The notes under the pieces were generated by a model, which made no database searches, was not told the DNA's origin, and saw only the letters and a list, made by a program, of their open reading frames with translations. DNA of 64,000 nucleotides from an uncultured Aliarcobacter sp. (GTDB taxonomy: Bacteria; Campylobacterota; Campylobacteria; Campylobacterales; Arcobacteraceae), in the NCBI GenBank assembly GCA_963664305.2, contig CAXXLV010000001.1:544001-608000 (forward strand), written 5' to 3'. This document shows, in pieces, positions 20,066 to 29,508 of this stretch (positions within the stretch are counted from its first letter, which is position 1; every line of letters begins with the position of its first letter). Position numbers and translations under genes: made by a program.

Positions 20066-22097
20066 ATATTACTCTTTCTAAGCAAATAATATAATCATTA
20101 GTAATATTTTTCATTTGTTCTATAAAAATTTCTTTTATCTTTTTTACTTTCTTTTTCTCATTTTTAACTTTTAAATCATTGAAATGATATGATAAATATG
20201 GAACAACCATTTGAAAATAATTTGCTAATATTTGGTAAAAAATTGGGCATCTATTTTCTGAAACTTTTTTTGCAAATACGAATATTTCATCAAAGAACTC
20301 ATCATAATTTTCAAAATCTTTATTTTTAATACTATTTAAAATATCTTTTGCTTCGCCATTTAAAAATAATATTTCTCTTCTAAATTCTTTTTTAGACTCT
20401 AGTGATAATTCTGTAAATGAAGTTTCTTCTAGTAAATTAGTAAATTTTATATCTTTTGATTTAAAACTATTAAAATTTTTTATTTCTATCTCTTCTACTT
20501 TTTGAGGAATTGCTCCTTCAAAAAATGCACCATGAGTTGAAAGATTATAAATTATTGTATCTTCACTCTTCTTTGAAATTTTTCCTTCAGCACTTTTAAT
20601 TGAACTATAAAAAATTGGAGTTGTAAAAACTTCTTCTTCAAAATTACCTTTTACTTTTAATAAACTCTCATCAATTATAAAAGTATCTCTTTTTTGTTCT
20701 TTATTTAAATCTATAACCTGAATAAGAGAGTTTGAAGCTTTAGCATGAGATTCACCTGTTTTTTGATTTAAAGCTAAATCAAGTCCTATTAAATATAACT
20801 GCTTAGGATTAAAATTTAATAAAATTGCTAAAGTTATTTCACCAATACTAAAGCCATCAAAAACATTGTTATCCATTTGAAAAGGTGTAAATATTTCAAA
20901 TAAAAATAAATTTTCTTGATTAAATTTTTTTAATACATTTTGATTTGTCATTACAGAAGCTAATATGATAGTTCCCTTACTAATTTTTGATACACTTTCA
21001 TCATCAAATTGTAATTTTTCTAAAATATCACTTTCATCAACAGTTGTTATTACATCAATTTTTATATCATGGGCTAATAATTTTTTATATGCTGCTCCAA
21101 TTGTCACAATAAAAAATTTATCCTGATTTTCTTTGATCCAGTTAATATTTTCATCTAAAGATGGACCCGCTGCAAGATATAAAATTGGTATTTCATTAAA
21201 AATATTTGATTTTTCTTTTATTTTATTTAAATGAATTATTTTATAATCACTATTAAGAACTTTTGATGTTCTATTTGCATGAATATATAACATTCTTACA
21301 TAATCATATGATGTAGGTCTAACAGAATTTAACATACTTAATATGTTATCAATGTATTGATCTATATTTATTCCAGTTGATGAAAATTTAATTAAATAAT
21401 TTTCAATATTGTTTACACTAATAAATTTAGAAATTTTATTTTCTTCATCTACAATATTATCCATTATTGAAAAAATTGCTCCCTTATTTGCAAGGATTGT
21501 ATAATCTACAACAAATAAAGATAATCTAAATATTTCAAGATTTCTTTCAAGAACTAAATACATTTCAGCATCAACTTTTTCCGCAATTCGTGGTATATGT
21601 CGTCCCAATAAAGTTCCTAAAAAAACAAATTTCTTAATTTTTTTTAGTTTCTTTTTCTTATTCTCTAAAAAATCATTTAACGTACTTGAATATTGCCACA
21701 TATTATTATTTGTCATTGATACTGAATCACTTATTTTTTCATGATTAAATCTATTTTCCATATCAACTTCAGAAGAATCTTTTAAAAGAAAGTATTCAGA
21801 AAGACTAAAAATTGCATTGTTTTCATCAAATTGAACTTTTCTTACCATATTATCATTTATTTTTTTAGGATTTTTACCATATAAATATTTATCATTTACA
21901 ATATCATATATATCAAAATCTCCACTTTCCATTATAAAATCTAATACATATTTCTCTTTATAAGTACCATTTACTATCATTTTTGATAGCTCATCTACTT
22001 TTTGATAAAGTTCATTATCATATTCACTCAAGAATACAAGATTTGCTAGAAAAGTGGTTGTTAATGCATTTTGTAGTTGTTTTTCTGCTTCTGTCAT
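20064..22097 (-). CDS. maf: Motility-associated factor (Maf) flagellin glycosyltransferase
   Basis: DUF115/MAF_flag10-like core LAAGPSLDENINWIKENQDKFFIV, LIGLDLA; adjacent to flagellins and nonulosonate genes. Confidence 0.85.
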   Translation of the reverse strand: MTEAEKQLQNALTTTFLANLVFLSEYDNELYQKVDELSKMIVNGTYKEKYVLDFIMESGDFDIYDIVNDKYLYGKNPKKINDNMVRKVQFDENNAIFSLSEYFLLKDSSEVDMENRFNHEKISDSVSMTNNNMWQYSSTLNDFLENKKKKLKKIKKFVFLGTLLGRHIPRIAEKVDAEMYLVLERNLEIFRLSLFVVDYTILANKGAIFSIMDNIVDEENKISKFISVNNIENYLIKFSSTGINIDQYIDNILSMLNSVRPTSYDYVRMLYIHANRTSKVLNSDYKIIHLNKIKEKSNIFNEIPILYLAAGPSLDENINWIKENQDKFFIVTIGAAYKKLLAHDIKIDVITTVDESDILEKLQFDDESVSKISKGTIILASVMTNQNVLKKFNQENLFLFEIFTPFQMDNNVFDGFSIGEITLAILLNFNPKQLYLIGLDLALNQKTGESHAKASNSLIQVIDLNKEQKRDTFIIDESLLKVKGNFEEEVFTTPIFYSSIKSAEGKISKKSEDTIIYNLSTHGAFFEGAIPQKVEEIEIKNFNSFKSKDIKFTNLLEETSFTELSLESKKEFRREILFLNGEAKDILNSIKNKDFENYDEFFDEIFVFAKKVSENRCPIFYQILANYFQMVVPYLSYHFNDLKVKNEKKKVKKIKEIFIEQMKNITNDYIICLERVI

Positions 22098-22108
22098 AAT
22101 TTTTCCTT

Positions 22109-22633
22109 TTATTCAACTATTATATTTTTTATGAAATTAATATCTTTACATTTATATTCAAATTTAGAAATATTTTTAATATCCAATATACTATTATCAA
22201 TCATTATTGTATTTCTTATTTTTGCATTTTTAGCACATTGAATATCTGTTAATTTATCGCCAATCAACCAAGAATTTGGTAAATCTAAATTATAACTTTT
22301 TAAAATATTTTCTATCATTCCCGTTTCTGGTTTTCTACACTTACAATTTTCTGTAGGATGATGAGGACAAAATTCAACTTGAGAAATAAAAATATTCTCT
22401 TTTTCTAATTCATTTATCATCCAATTATTTAATTTTAAAAAATCTTCTTCTGCATAATAACCTCTACCAATACCAGATTGATTAGTAATTATGAATAACA
22501 AATAATCTAAATCTTGAAGATATTTTAAAATATCAAATATTTTTGGAACAAATTCAAAATCACTGATTTTATAAACATAATTTTTATCTATGTTTATCAC
22601 ACCATCTCTGTCTAAAAAAATAGCTTTTTTCAT
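22109..22633 (-). CDS. gmhB: Heptose-1,7-bisphosphate phosphatase (GmhB family)
   Basis: FLDRDGVIN, ITNQSGIGRG, CPH..CKCRKP, IGDK..D. Confidence 0.92.
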   Translation of the reverse strand: MKKAIFLDRDGVINIDKNYVYKISDFEFVPKIFDILKYLQDLDYLLFIITNQSGIGRGYYAEEDFLKLNNWMINELEKENIFISQVEFCPHHPTENCKCRKPETGMIENILKSYNLDLPNSWLIGDKLTDIQCAKNAKIRNTIMIDNSILDIKNISKFEYKCKDINFIKNIIVE

Positions 22634-23337
22634 TTTATTAAATCTAAAATATCTATTTGTGCTTCAGCAAAAGAGTTTATAGTACCAATATCTTTATGAT
22701 AAGTACTATTAAGATAAGTGTTTATTTTACCAAGTAATTTTGGGATTACATCTAAAGAAAAATCAATATTAATTTTATTTAGAGTTTCAAGAAATTCAAA
22801 AATTTCATAATTACAGATATAAACAGCTCCATTTGCTAAATTAGATGGAGGATTTGAAACTTTTTCATAAAATTCTTGAACTATATTATTTTCATCCAGT
22901 TTTACTATTCCACAAGATTGAGGGACATCTGTTCTAAATAACATCATTGTAAGGAGATATTTTTCATTTTTTTTATGAGATTCGATAAATTCTTTGAAAT
23001 TGCAAAAAGATAAATTATCAGCATGAATAAGTAAAAAAGGTTCATCTTTATCAAAAAGATTTTTATTATGAAGTAATGTACCGCCTGTGTTTAACAGCTC
23101 TTTTTCATAAACTAATTTTATTTTATCTCTATAAATACTATTTTTTACAAATTCTTCAACTTTTTCACTAAAATAATGAGTATTTACAATAAATTCTGAT
23201 ACTCCAGCTTTTGATAAATTTTCTAGCCAATATTGAAGTAATGGCTTTCCATTTATTGGTACTAAACATTTAGGTATATTGTTAGTTATTGGTCTTAGTC
23301 TTGTTCCTAATCCAGCACATAATAATAAAGCTTTCAT
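22630..23337 (-). CDS. Sugar-1-phosphate nucleotidyltransferase (HddC/GDP-mannose pyrophosphorylase-like)
   Basis: LLCAGLGTRLRPIT..PKCL, EKELLNTGG, FYEK, ANGAVY, DIGT. Confidence 0.85.
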   Translation of the reverse strand: MKALLLCAGLGTRLRPITNNIPKCLVPINGKPLLQYWLENLSKAGVSEFIVNTHYFSEKVEEFVKNSIYRDKIKLVYEKELLNTGGTLLHNKNLFDKDEPFLLIHADNLSFCNFKEFIESHKKNEKYLLTMMLFRTDVPQSCGIVKLDENNIVQEFYEKVSNPPSNLANGAVYICNYEIFEFLETLNKINIDFSLDVIPKLLGKINTYLNSTYHKDIGTINSFAEAQIDILDLIK

Positions 23338-24762
23338 TTAAAATTGAATCTCTTTTATTAATTCATCTTTTTTTATTGGTATATTTCCAACTCGACTTAC
23401 TTGTATAGCAGCAGCAATTGAACCTAAATATGCACTTTCCCAAATATTTGCTCCAACAACTTTTGCCATTGCAGAACAAGTTAATAAGGAATCACCTGCA
23501 CCACTTACATCTTTAGCATTAGTGTTTAAAGCTTGTATATTATCAGTTAATAATTCATTTTCATTTGAATTATAAATCATTATTCCTTCATTACCTAAAG
23601 TGGTAAAAACATGTTTTGAGTTTGATTTTTTGTGAAGTTTTTCAGATAATACAACTAGACCCGATTCAAAATCATTTATTGATAATCTAATTTCTCGCTC
23701 CGTTGGAGTTACTATATCCATATCTTTAAATTTTGATATATCACCAATTTGAGATGAACTTTGTGAATCAGCAACCATAACTATTGATTTCTTTTTTGCA
23801 TATAATGTTATATTTTCAATAATATTTTTGGTTAAAACTCCATAAGAAAAATCAGAAAAAATTATCAAATCATAATCTTCTAAATCATCAACAAAATTTT
23901 CTAATATTTTTTCTTCTAAATCTTTTGAGATATTATGTTGTTTCAAATGATTTACTCTAAGTAAAGTTTTATTCTGAGCTCTAAATCTTTGTTTTAAAGT
24001 TGTTGGTCTTGTACTATCTTTTAATAAATATGTATTAATTCCTAAAGATGTTAAATAATCATGTGTAAATTCATAATTTTCATCATTTCCTAAAACCGAC
24101 ATATAAGAAACATTTGAACCTAATGTTTTAGCATGTGAAGCAACAATAGCTGCTCCTCCTATAAATTTCTTATTTGAAATTGGAGTTACAACTATTGTGG
24201 GGTCTTCTTGACTCATACCAACAGCATCACAAGTGATATATTCATCAATTATAGTATCTCCAATAACTAAAATATTCAAATCAGAAAATTTATTTATAAA
24301 ATCAATTAATTTTGTTTTATCAATTTTATGTCTTTTTATAAAATTGTTATCATGAGATAAATTTAAAAAACTAATTTCAAAATCTTTTTGAAGTAAATTT
24401 AAAGAAGAAAAACCTATTTCTCCTGATGAAAATAGAATTTTTCCACCATAGGTTTTCATAATCTCTTCTTCAGGATTATATCTATTTTCAAACTCCTTAC
24501 CTTTTATAAGGATATCAGGTTTTTTTCTTTTTATATATTCTAAAACATCTTCATTTAATAAAAAAACTTCATCTACATAGCTCGTTGATTTTATGGATTC
24601 TAATCTAATATCTTCTTCTAATAAATTTGAGTTATTTGCTAATCTATCTGAATTTACACCAACAATTAAATAATCACTACTCTCTTTTGCAAATTTTAGT
24701 AATCTTAAATGTCCTGGATGAAAAATATTAAAATTTCCATAAACAAATGCTACTTTTTTCAA
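23338..24762 (-). CDS. HldE/RfaE-like bifunctional protein: N-terminal cytidylyltransferase-like domain, C-terminal PfkB sugar kinase (TTG start)
   Basis: GNFNIFHPGHLRLL and VGVNSD at N-terminus; IGDTIIDEY, GGAAIVA, SDFSYG, TPTERE, DVSGAGD in C-terminal part. Confidence 0.88.
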   Translation of the reverse strand: MKKVAFVYGNFNIFHPGHLRLLKFAKESSDYLIVGVNSDRLANNSNLLEEDIRLESIKSTSYVDEVFLLNEDVLEYIKRKKPDILIKGKEFENRYNPEEEIMKTYGGKILFSSGEIGFSSLNLLQKDFEISFLNLSHDNNFIKRHKIDKTKLIDFINKFSDLNILVIGDTIIDEYITCDAVGMSQEDPTIVVTPISNKKFIGGAAIVASHAKTLGSNVSYMSVLGNDENYEFTHDYLTSLGINTYLLKDSTRPTTLKQRFRAQNKTLLRVNHLKQHNISKDLEEKILENFVDDLEDYDLIIFSDFSYGVLTKNIIENITLYAKKKSIVMVADSQSSSQIGDISKFKDMDIVTPTEREIRLSINDFESGLVVLSEKLHKKSNSKHVFTTLGNEGIMIYNSNENELLTDNIQALNTNAKDVSGAGDSLLTCSAMAKVVGANIWESAYLGSIAAAIQVSRVGNIPIKKDELIKEIQF

Positions 24763-24773
24763 AATCTTACTCT

Positions 24774-25892
24774 CTATACAAAATTAATATGATTAGGTGG
24801 TGTACCCTTTGGCTCTTCCAGTTTTATATCACCTTTTTTATAGCCATCCAAAAATTCATTTACTTTATGTTGTAAACATAATGAACCACACATTGTTTGA
24901 GCATCAAAATTAGGAGAAGCCAAATGATTCATTACTTCCCAATATCTATCACTATTTACAATATCTTTAAATCTTTGTTGAGTTATATTTCCTATATGAA
25001 ATCTACTATATCTTTCATTAAATAACATACCACATGGTGCAACTAAACCTGAACCAGAAATTTGTATTTGAAATGGTGGACCATAACATCTTTGATAACT
25101 TCTTTTTCCTTCAGTATTTATTTTTGACCATTTAACACTTACTTGATATTCTTCATCACTATAAGATTCTGCTTCTTCTAAAATATGTGTTAATTCTGCA
25201 TATTTAGAATAATCAACACCTAATTTTCCATCTTCACTATCACTTGTATGTTTTACAACTAAATAATCAGGTCTAATTTCTTTTCCAAGTTTAGCTAAAG
25301 GTATAACTTGGTCTGCATCTTCTGGCATTAAAACCATTTGCATACCTATTGTTACATTTAGATTATTTTTTTTCTTAATTTCAACCATATCTTTTATATT
25401 TTGAATTACTTGATGGAAATGTTTTTCTTTTACTCCCATAATTTGTGCATATCTTTCTGGTTCTCCAGCTGATATATTAATTCTTATATAAGTCAAATAC
25501 GGTAAAACTCTTTCTAAAGCTTCATATTTTAGATTAAATCCATGAGTTGCAGATGCCATTGATATACCCAATTGAGCACCTCTAATAATTGTATGTTCAT
25601 AAATTGGTGATAAAGTACTCTCACCATCACTTACAAGGGAAATAGCTTTTACTCCCATCTCTTTACAATCTTCTAAAAATGCATCTATGTGCTCTTTTGT
25701 TATATCAAATCGGTCATTTTCTTGAAGTCTTGCATAACAGAAGTGGCATCCATAATTACAAGCTCTTGTTAGTGCCATATCAATAGTTAGAGGAGCTATT
25801 CTTTCTCCTCTTTCCCACTGCTTGATTCTTTCTTGATGCCAATAAATTTTAGTAGCATCTAATATATATTTATTTTCTTTTTTTGTTTTCAT
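24774..25892 (-). CDS. Radical SAM protein with twitch/SPASM-like C-terminal domain
   Basis: CNYGCHFC; DGES at the GGE position; CYGPP...SGLVAPC...IGNI...CGSLC. Confidence 0.9.
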   Translation of the reverse strand: MKTKKENKYILDATKIYWHQERIKQWERGERIAPLTIDMALTRACNYGCHFCYARLQENDRFDITKEHIDAFLEDCKEMGVKAISLVSDGESTLSPIYEHTIIRGAQLGISMASATHGFNLKYEALERVLPYLTYIRINISAGEPERYAQIMGVKEKHFHQVIQNIKDMVEIKKKNNLNVTIGMQMVLMPEDADQVIPLAKLGKEIRPDYLVVKHTSDSEDGKLGVDYSKYAELTHILEEAESYSDEEYQVSVKWSKINTEGKRSYQRCYGPPFQIQISGSGLVAPCGMLFNERYSRFHIGNITQQRFKDIVNSDRYWEVMNHLASPNFDAQTMCGSLCLQHKVNEFLDGYKKGDIKLEEPKGTPPNHINFV

Positions 25893-26163
25893 CTACTCTA
25901 TCTTTCAAAAGAACAATTACAGGGAAATTCCCTAATTTTTCTCTTATATAATTTTCATATTTAACTAAAAAATCATACACATCTTTTTTATCTACAGAAA
26001 GATTAACTTCTATAGCTTGATTTTTTACACTATTAACATCTAATTTATCTTTAAAAATATCACTATATGAATTTACTATTTCAAATTGTTCATCATAAGA
26101 AAGTTTTTTCCAGGCAATTAATTCTGGAGATTCATATCTTTTATAATTATTTACATCTAACAT
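25870..26163 (-). CDS. Small hypothetical protein (~97 aa; start probably ATG 26163)
   Basis: Fills the gap in the operon and overlaps both neighbours; no recognisable motif. Confidence 0.7.
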   Translation of the reverse strand: MLDVNNYKRYESPELIAWKKLSYDEQFEIVNSYSDIFKDKLDVNSVKNQAIEVNLSVDKKDVYDFLVKYENYIREKLGNFPVIVLLKDRVDENKKRK

Positions 26164-26638
26164 ATACAGGCCCTTCATAATCAAACATTTTTTTTATATC
26201 ATCTTTTAAAGTCTCTTCTGTTGGTGATAATATCAAAAAATTTTTAAATATACTAATCATTTCAAAATCATCATTATCTAAACAATGACTTCTCCCTAAT
26301 TTCTCAAAATAGTTATTTACGCCAACACCAATCAACTTTATATTCATTTTATGTTCATTCAAATCATATCTAATTTGTTCATAAGCTCTCATCACTAAAA
26401 AAGGTATTTGAGAATAAACTATGGGTTTTAGACCTGTTAGATACATTCCAGCACTCATACTAATCATAGCTTGTTCACAAATTCCCACATTAAAAGATCT
26501 ATCACTATGATTATTGAAAAATTTATCTAAAACTGCAAATCCCATGTCTCCAACCAAAAGAGTCATTTTTTCATCATTTTTAAAATATTCATATACTTCT
26601 TTCATAACTTCTTGTTTAGAAACATAATTATTCATCAT
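26147..26638 (-). CDS. Transketolase-like pyrimidine-binding subunit (short)
   Basis: LVGDMG, DRSFNVGICEQAMISMSAG, FLVMRAYEQIRYD, GRSH, GPVYVR. Confidence 0.88.
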   Translation of the reverse strand: MMNNYVSKQEVMKEVYEYFKNDEKMTLLVGDMGFAVLDKFFNNHSDRSFNVGICEQAMISMSAGMYLTGLKPIVYSQIPFLVMRAYEQIRYDLNEHKMNIKLIGVGVNNYFEKLGRSHCLDNDDFEMISIFKNFLILSPTEETLKDDIKKMFDYEGPVYVRCK

Positions 26639-27419
26639 CTTCCTTTAATACAAATCCATCTTCACTAGGGCATCTGTAATGGTATTTGATAGAGTTTTCC
26701 ATAAAGTCTATACCTTTACCTTTAATGGTATCACAAAACATTATAGAAAAACTTTCATTTTTGGCTTTAAAAAATTTGTCAAAACTTTCTCTTAATTGCA
26801 AAACATTATGTCCATCTAATCTAGAAAAACTACATGGGTAAGCTTTTAAAACATTTGCTAATTGATTATTATCTAAACCAACATCTTCAACTCTGTCCAT
26901 AGCTTGCAATTTATTTCCATCAATGATAATCAATAAATTATCTAACTTAAATCTACTAGCAAGTTGAAGAGCCTCAAAATTACTTCCTTCTTGCATTTCA
27001 CCATCACCAACTATACAAACAACTTTATTCTTCTTTTTTTGCATTTTAAAAGATTGTGCCATTCCTACAGCAATTGGTAATCCATGTCCTAAAGAACCAG
27101 TAGATGCTTCTAACATATATTTAGGATTATAAGTTAAACACCCTTTTAAAGAGGAGTTCTTATAAAAACTCTCTATTTCAAAATCAGGAATAATTCCTAA
27201 TTCATTTAATATAACATAATACGAATAGGCACCATGTCCTTTACTAAAAATTAGTCTATCTCTTGTTTCATCAAAAACATTGTTTTTGTCAAAAACTAGA
27301 TATTCATTAAAAAGTATAACTAAAATTTCCAAGCAAGATAAAGAGGGTGCTAAATGCCCTGCTCCAGTATCACATGAAAGTTTTATAGTTTTATGTTTAA
27401 TATCTTCTATATCTAACAT
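26628..27419 (-). CDS. Transketolase-like N-terminal ThDP-binding subunit
   Basis: GHLAPSLS, RDRLIFSKGH, STGSLGHGL, GDGEMQEG...DGN, TIKGKG. Confidence 0.92.
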   Translation of the reverse strand: MLDIEDIKHKTIKLSCDTGAGHLAPSLSCLEILVILFNEYLVFDKNNVFDETRDRLIFSKGHGAYSYYVILNELGIIPDFEIESFYKNSSLKGCLTYNPKYMLEASTGSLGHGLPIAVGMAQSFKMQKKKNKVVCIVGDGEMQEGSNFEALQLASRFKLDNLLIIIDGNKLQAMDRVEDVGLDNNQLANVLKAYPCSFSRLDGHNVLQLRESFDKFFKAKNESFSIMFCDTIKGKGIDFMENSIKYHYRCPSEDGFVLKEDDE

Positions 27420-27420
27420 T

Positions 27421-28404
27421 TTATTTACCTAAATATTTAAACCAATCTTTTGTTGCGGCTTGAATTGATGTTTCATTCCAGATTGGAGCTTCTCTCCACA
27501 TTTCAATATTTTCTAGCATGATTTTTACGCCATCTTCAAAAGAAACTTTTGGATACCAATTTAATAACTCTTTTATTTTAGTAATATCCGCAAATGTACA
27601 ATCAGGCTCACCTGGTCTTTTTGGGATATATACCTTTTCTCCACCTAAAAGTTCAACTAAATAATTTATACTATAAGTATTATCACTTCCAACATTAAAA
27701 ATTTCATTACTAATATTAGATTTTGCAGCAGTATAACATGCATCCACAACATCCGTAACAAAAGTAAAATCTCTTGTTTGTTCTCCATCACCAACAATTG
27801 TTAATGGCTTATTATTTAATAATTGAGCTAAAAATACTCCAAAAACTGCTCCATATGTTCCACTTGTTCGGTGTCTTAATCCATATACATTAAAAAATCT
27901 CATTGAAACTACAGGTATTTTATAAATTTGTCCCCAATGTAAAACATACTCTTCTCCAATTCTTTTTGTATGAGCATATGGATATTCAGGTTTTATTGGT
28001 GAGTTTTCTGGAGTTGGATAAACTTCAGGTATACCATAACATGAGCTTGAAGCTGCATAAACAAATTTTTTCAAGTTTTTCGATTTTTTACTAGCTTCTA
28101 AAATATTAATTGTTCCATCTACATTTGATTTATGATATAACAAAGGATTATTTATTGAAGGTACAATATCAGCCATTGCTGCAAAATGAAAAACATAATC
28201 AACATCTTCAAAATATTCATCAAAATTAATATTATAATCACTTATATCTGCATGAATAAACTTAACTTTTGAATTAGTATTTATATTTTCAATTCTTCCA
28301 TTAGCTAAATTATCTATAATTGTTACTTCAAAATTCTCTTTTATAAGTAAATCTACCATGTGAGAACCGATAAACCCAGCTCCTCCAGTAACGACAGCTT
28401 TCAT
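27421..28404 (-). CDS. NAD-dependent nucleotide-sugar epimerase/dehydratase (extended SDR)
   Basis: TGGAGFIGSH, ASSSCYG, YAHTK (YxxxK), RFFNVYG, GDGEQTRDF. Confidence 0.92.
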   Translation of the reverse strand: MKAVVTGGAGFIGSHMVDLLIKENFEVTIIDNLANGRIENINTNSKVKFIHADISDYNINFDEYFEDVDYVFHFAAMADIVPSINNPLLYHKSNVDGTINILEASKKSKNLKKFVYAASSSCYGIPEVYPTPENSPIKPEYPYAHTKRIGEEYVLHWGQIYKIPVVSMRFFNVYGLRHRTSGTYGAVFGVFLAQLLNNKPLTIVGDGEQTRDFTFVTDVVDACYTAAKSNISNEIFNVGSDNTYSINYLVELLGGEKVYIPKRPGEPDCTFADITKIKELLNWYPKVSFEDGVKIMLENIEMWREAPIWNETSIQAATKDWFKYLGK

Positions 28405-28413
28405 ATATTTCCT

Positions 28414-29508
28414 TTAAATAAAATTATCATGTAAATTAGGATTTTTTAGTCGCCAAAGATATCTATTTACCTCATCCATTCTACAATTTACTCTACAATC
28501 TTTAATATCTAACTCATTCTTTACAAAATTTAAAGATTTTCTTCTTTTTTCACTTTCCCAAATTTCTTTAAAAGTGCTCTGATTTATATTTCCATAACAA
28601 AATTTTTCATCACTTAAATGAGCGCTGCATCCATAAACATCTCCATTTGCAGAAATGTAACCCCAAAAAAATGGTGTTGAATAACATTTCTCATAAGGTT
28701 GTTTTTTTTCTATGTATTTTTTCATTGTATTAATTCTAAATACAACGTTAAATTTTCCATCTGAAATTTTGTCAAGATCATCTTTTATATCTAACATTTT
28801 ACTATAGTCAATATTCTCATATTTTGTTGTTTCACTATATAAATGTTGAGAATATGGTTTTATTACCAGATAATCAACCCCTATTTCTTTACATTTTTTT
28901 GCTAGAACTACAGCTTCATCTTTATTTTCTGGTAAAAGTAACATTTGTACACCTAAAGTACAATTTAATTTATTTTCTTTTCTATATTCATTTGCATAAA
29001 TTAAATTTTCCATTACTCTTTCAAAATCTTTTTCACTTGTTCTATGAATTTCTGAATAAGTTTTTGCTGTTCCGGCATTTAAACTTACCTTTATCCAAGA
29101 ACAATTTTCCATACATTTTTCTATATTCTTTTTATTTAGAGGAACAAAATTTGTTGTTAAAGAAGTATCTATTCCCACTTTACTACAGTGTTCAACAATA
29201 ATATCTAGATTCTTAAATAATAAAGGCTCACCCTCACCTGCAAACATTACACTTTTTACGCCATTTTGGGCCATATTTGTTAGTGTGTTTTTTAATACTT
29301 CATAATCAAGTGATTTTTTATCATATCCCATATAATCTAAACCACAAAAAGTACATCTATGGTTACAACCACCATAAGGTGATATTTCAACATATATTGG
29401 ATAAATTGATTTTTGCTTTTCCCAATCATCTTTTGATTCCAACCACTTAGAAACTCTAGTTGGATGCAAAATAAGTTTATGGGAATCTATTGAATATTCA
29501 TCAGTCAT
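28414..29508 (-). CDS. Radical SAM protein with twitch/SPASM-like C-terminal domain
   Basis: CNHRCTFC; GEGEP; CYSTP...NGDVYGC...YGNI...CRVNC. Confidence 0.92.
   Translation of the reverse strand: MTDEYSIDSHKLILHPTRVSKWLESKDDWEKQKSIYPIYVEISPYGGCNHRCTFCGLDYMGYDKKSLDYEVLKNTLTNMAQNGVKSVMFAGEGEPLLFKNLDIIVEHCSKVGIDTSLTTNFVPLNKKNIEKCMENCSWIKVSLNAGTAKTYSEIHRTSEKDFERVMENLIYANEYRKENKLNCTLGVQMLLLPENKDEAVVLAKKCKEIGVDYLVIKPYSQHLYSETTKYENIDYSKMLDIKDDLDKISDGKFNVVFRINTMKKYIEKKQPYEKCYSTPFFWGYISANGDVYGCSAHLSDEKFCYGNINQSTFKEIWESEKRRKSLNFVKNELDIKDCRVNCRMDEVNRYLWRLKNPNLHDNFI

Larger units (their letters stand above)
18810..20085 (+). repeat. Tandem duplication unit, copy 2
   Basis: Near-identical to 17493-18768, offset about 1317 bp. 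Confidence 0.9.

Noticed and set aside
25870..26638. Frameshifted single transketolase C subunit
   Set aside because: The downstream ORF does not resemble the transketolase C-terminal domain, and no slippery tract is evident at the junction.
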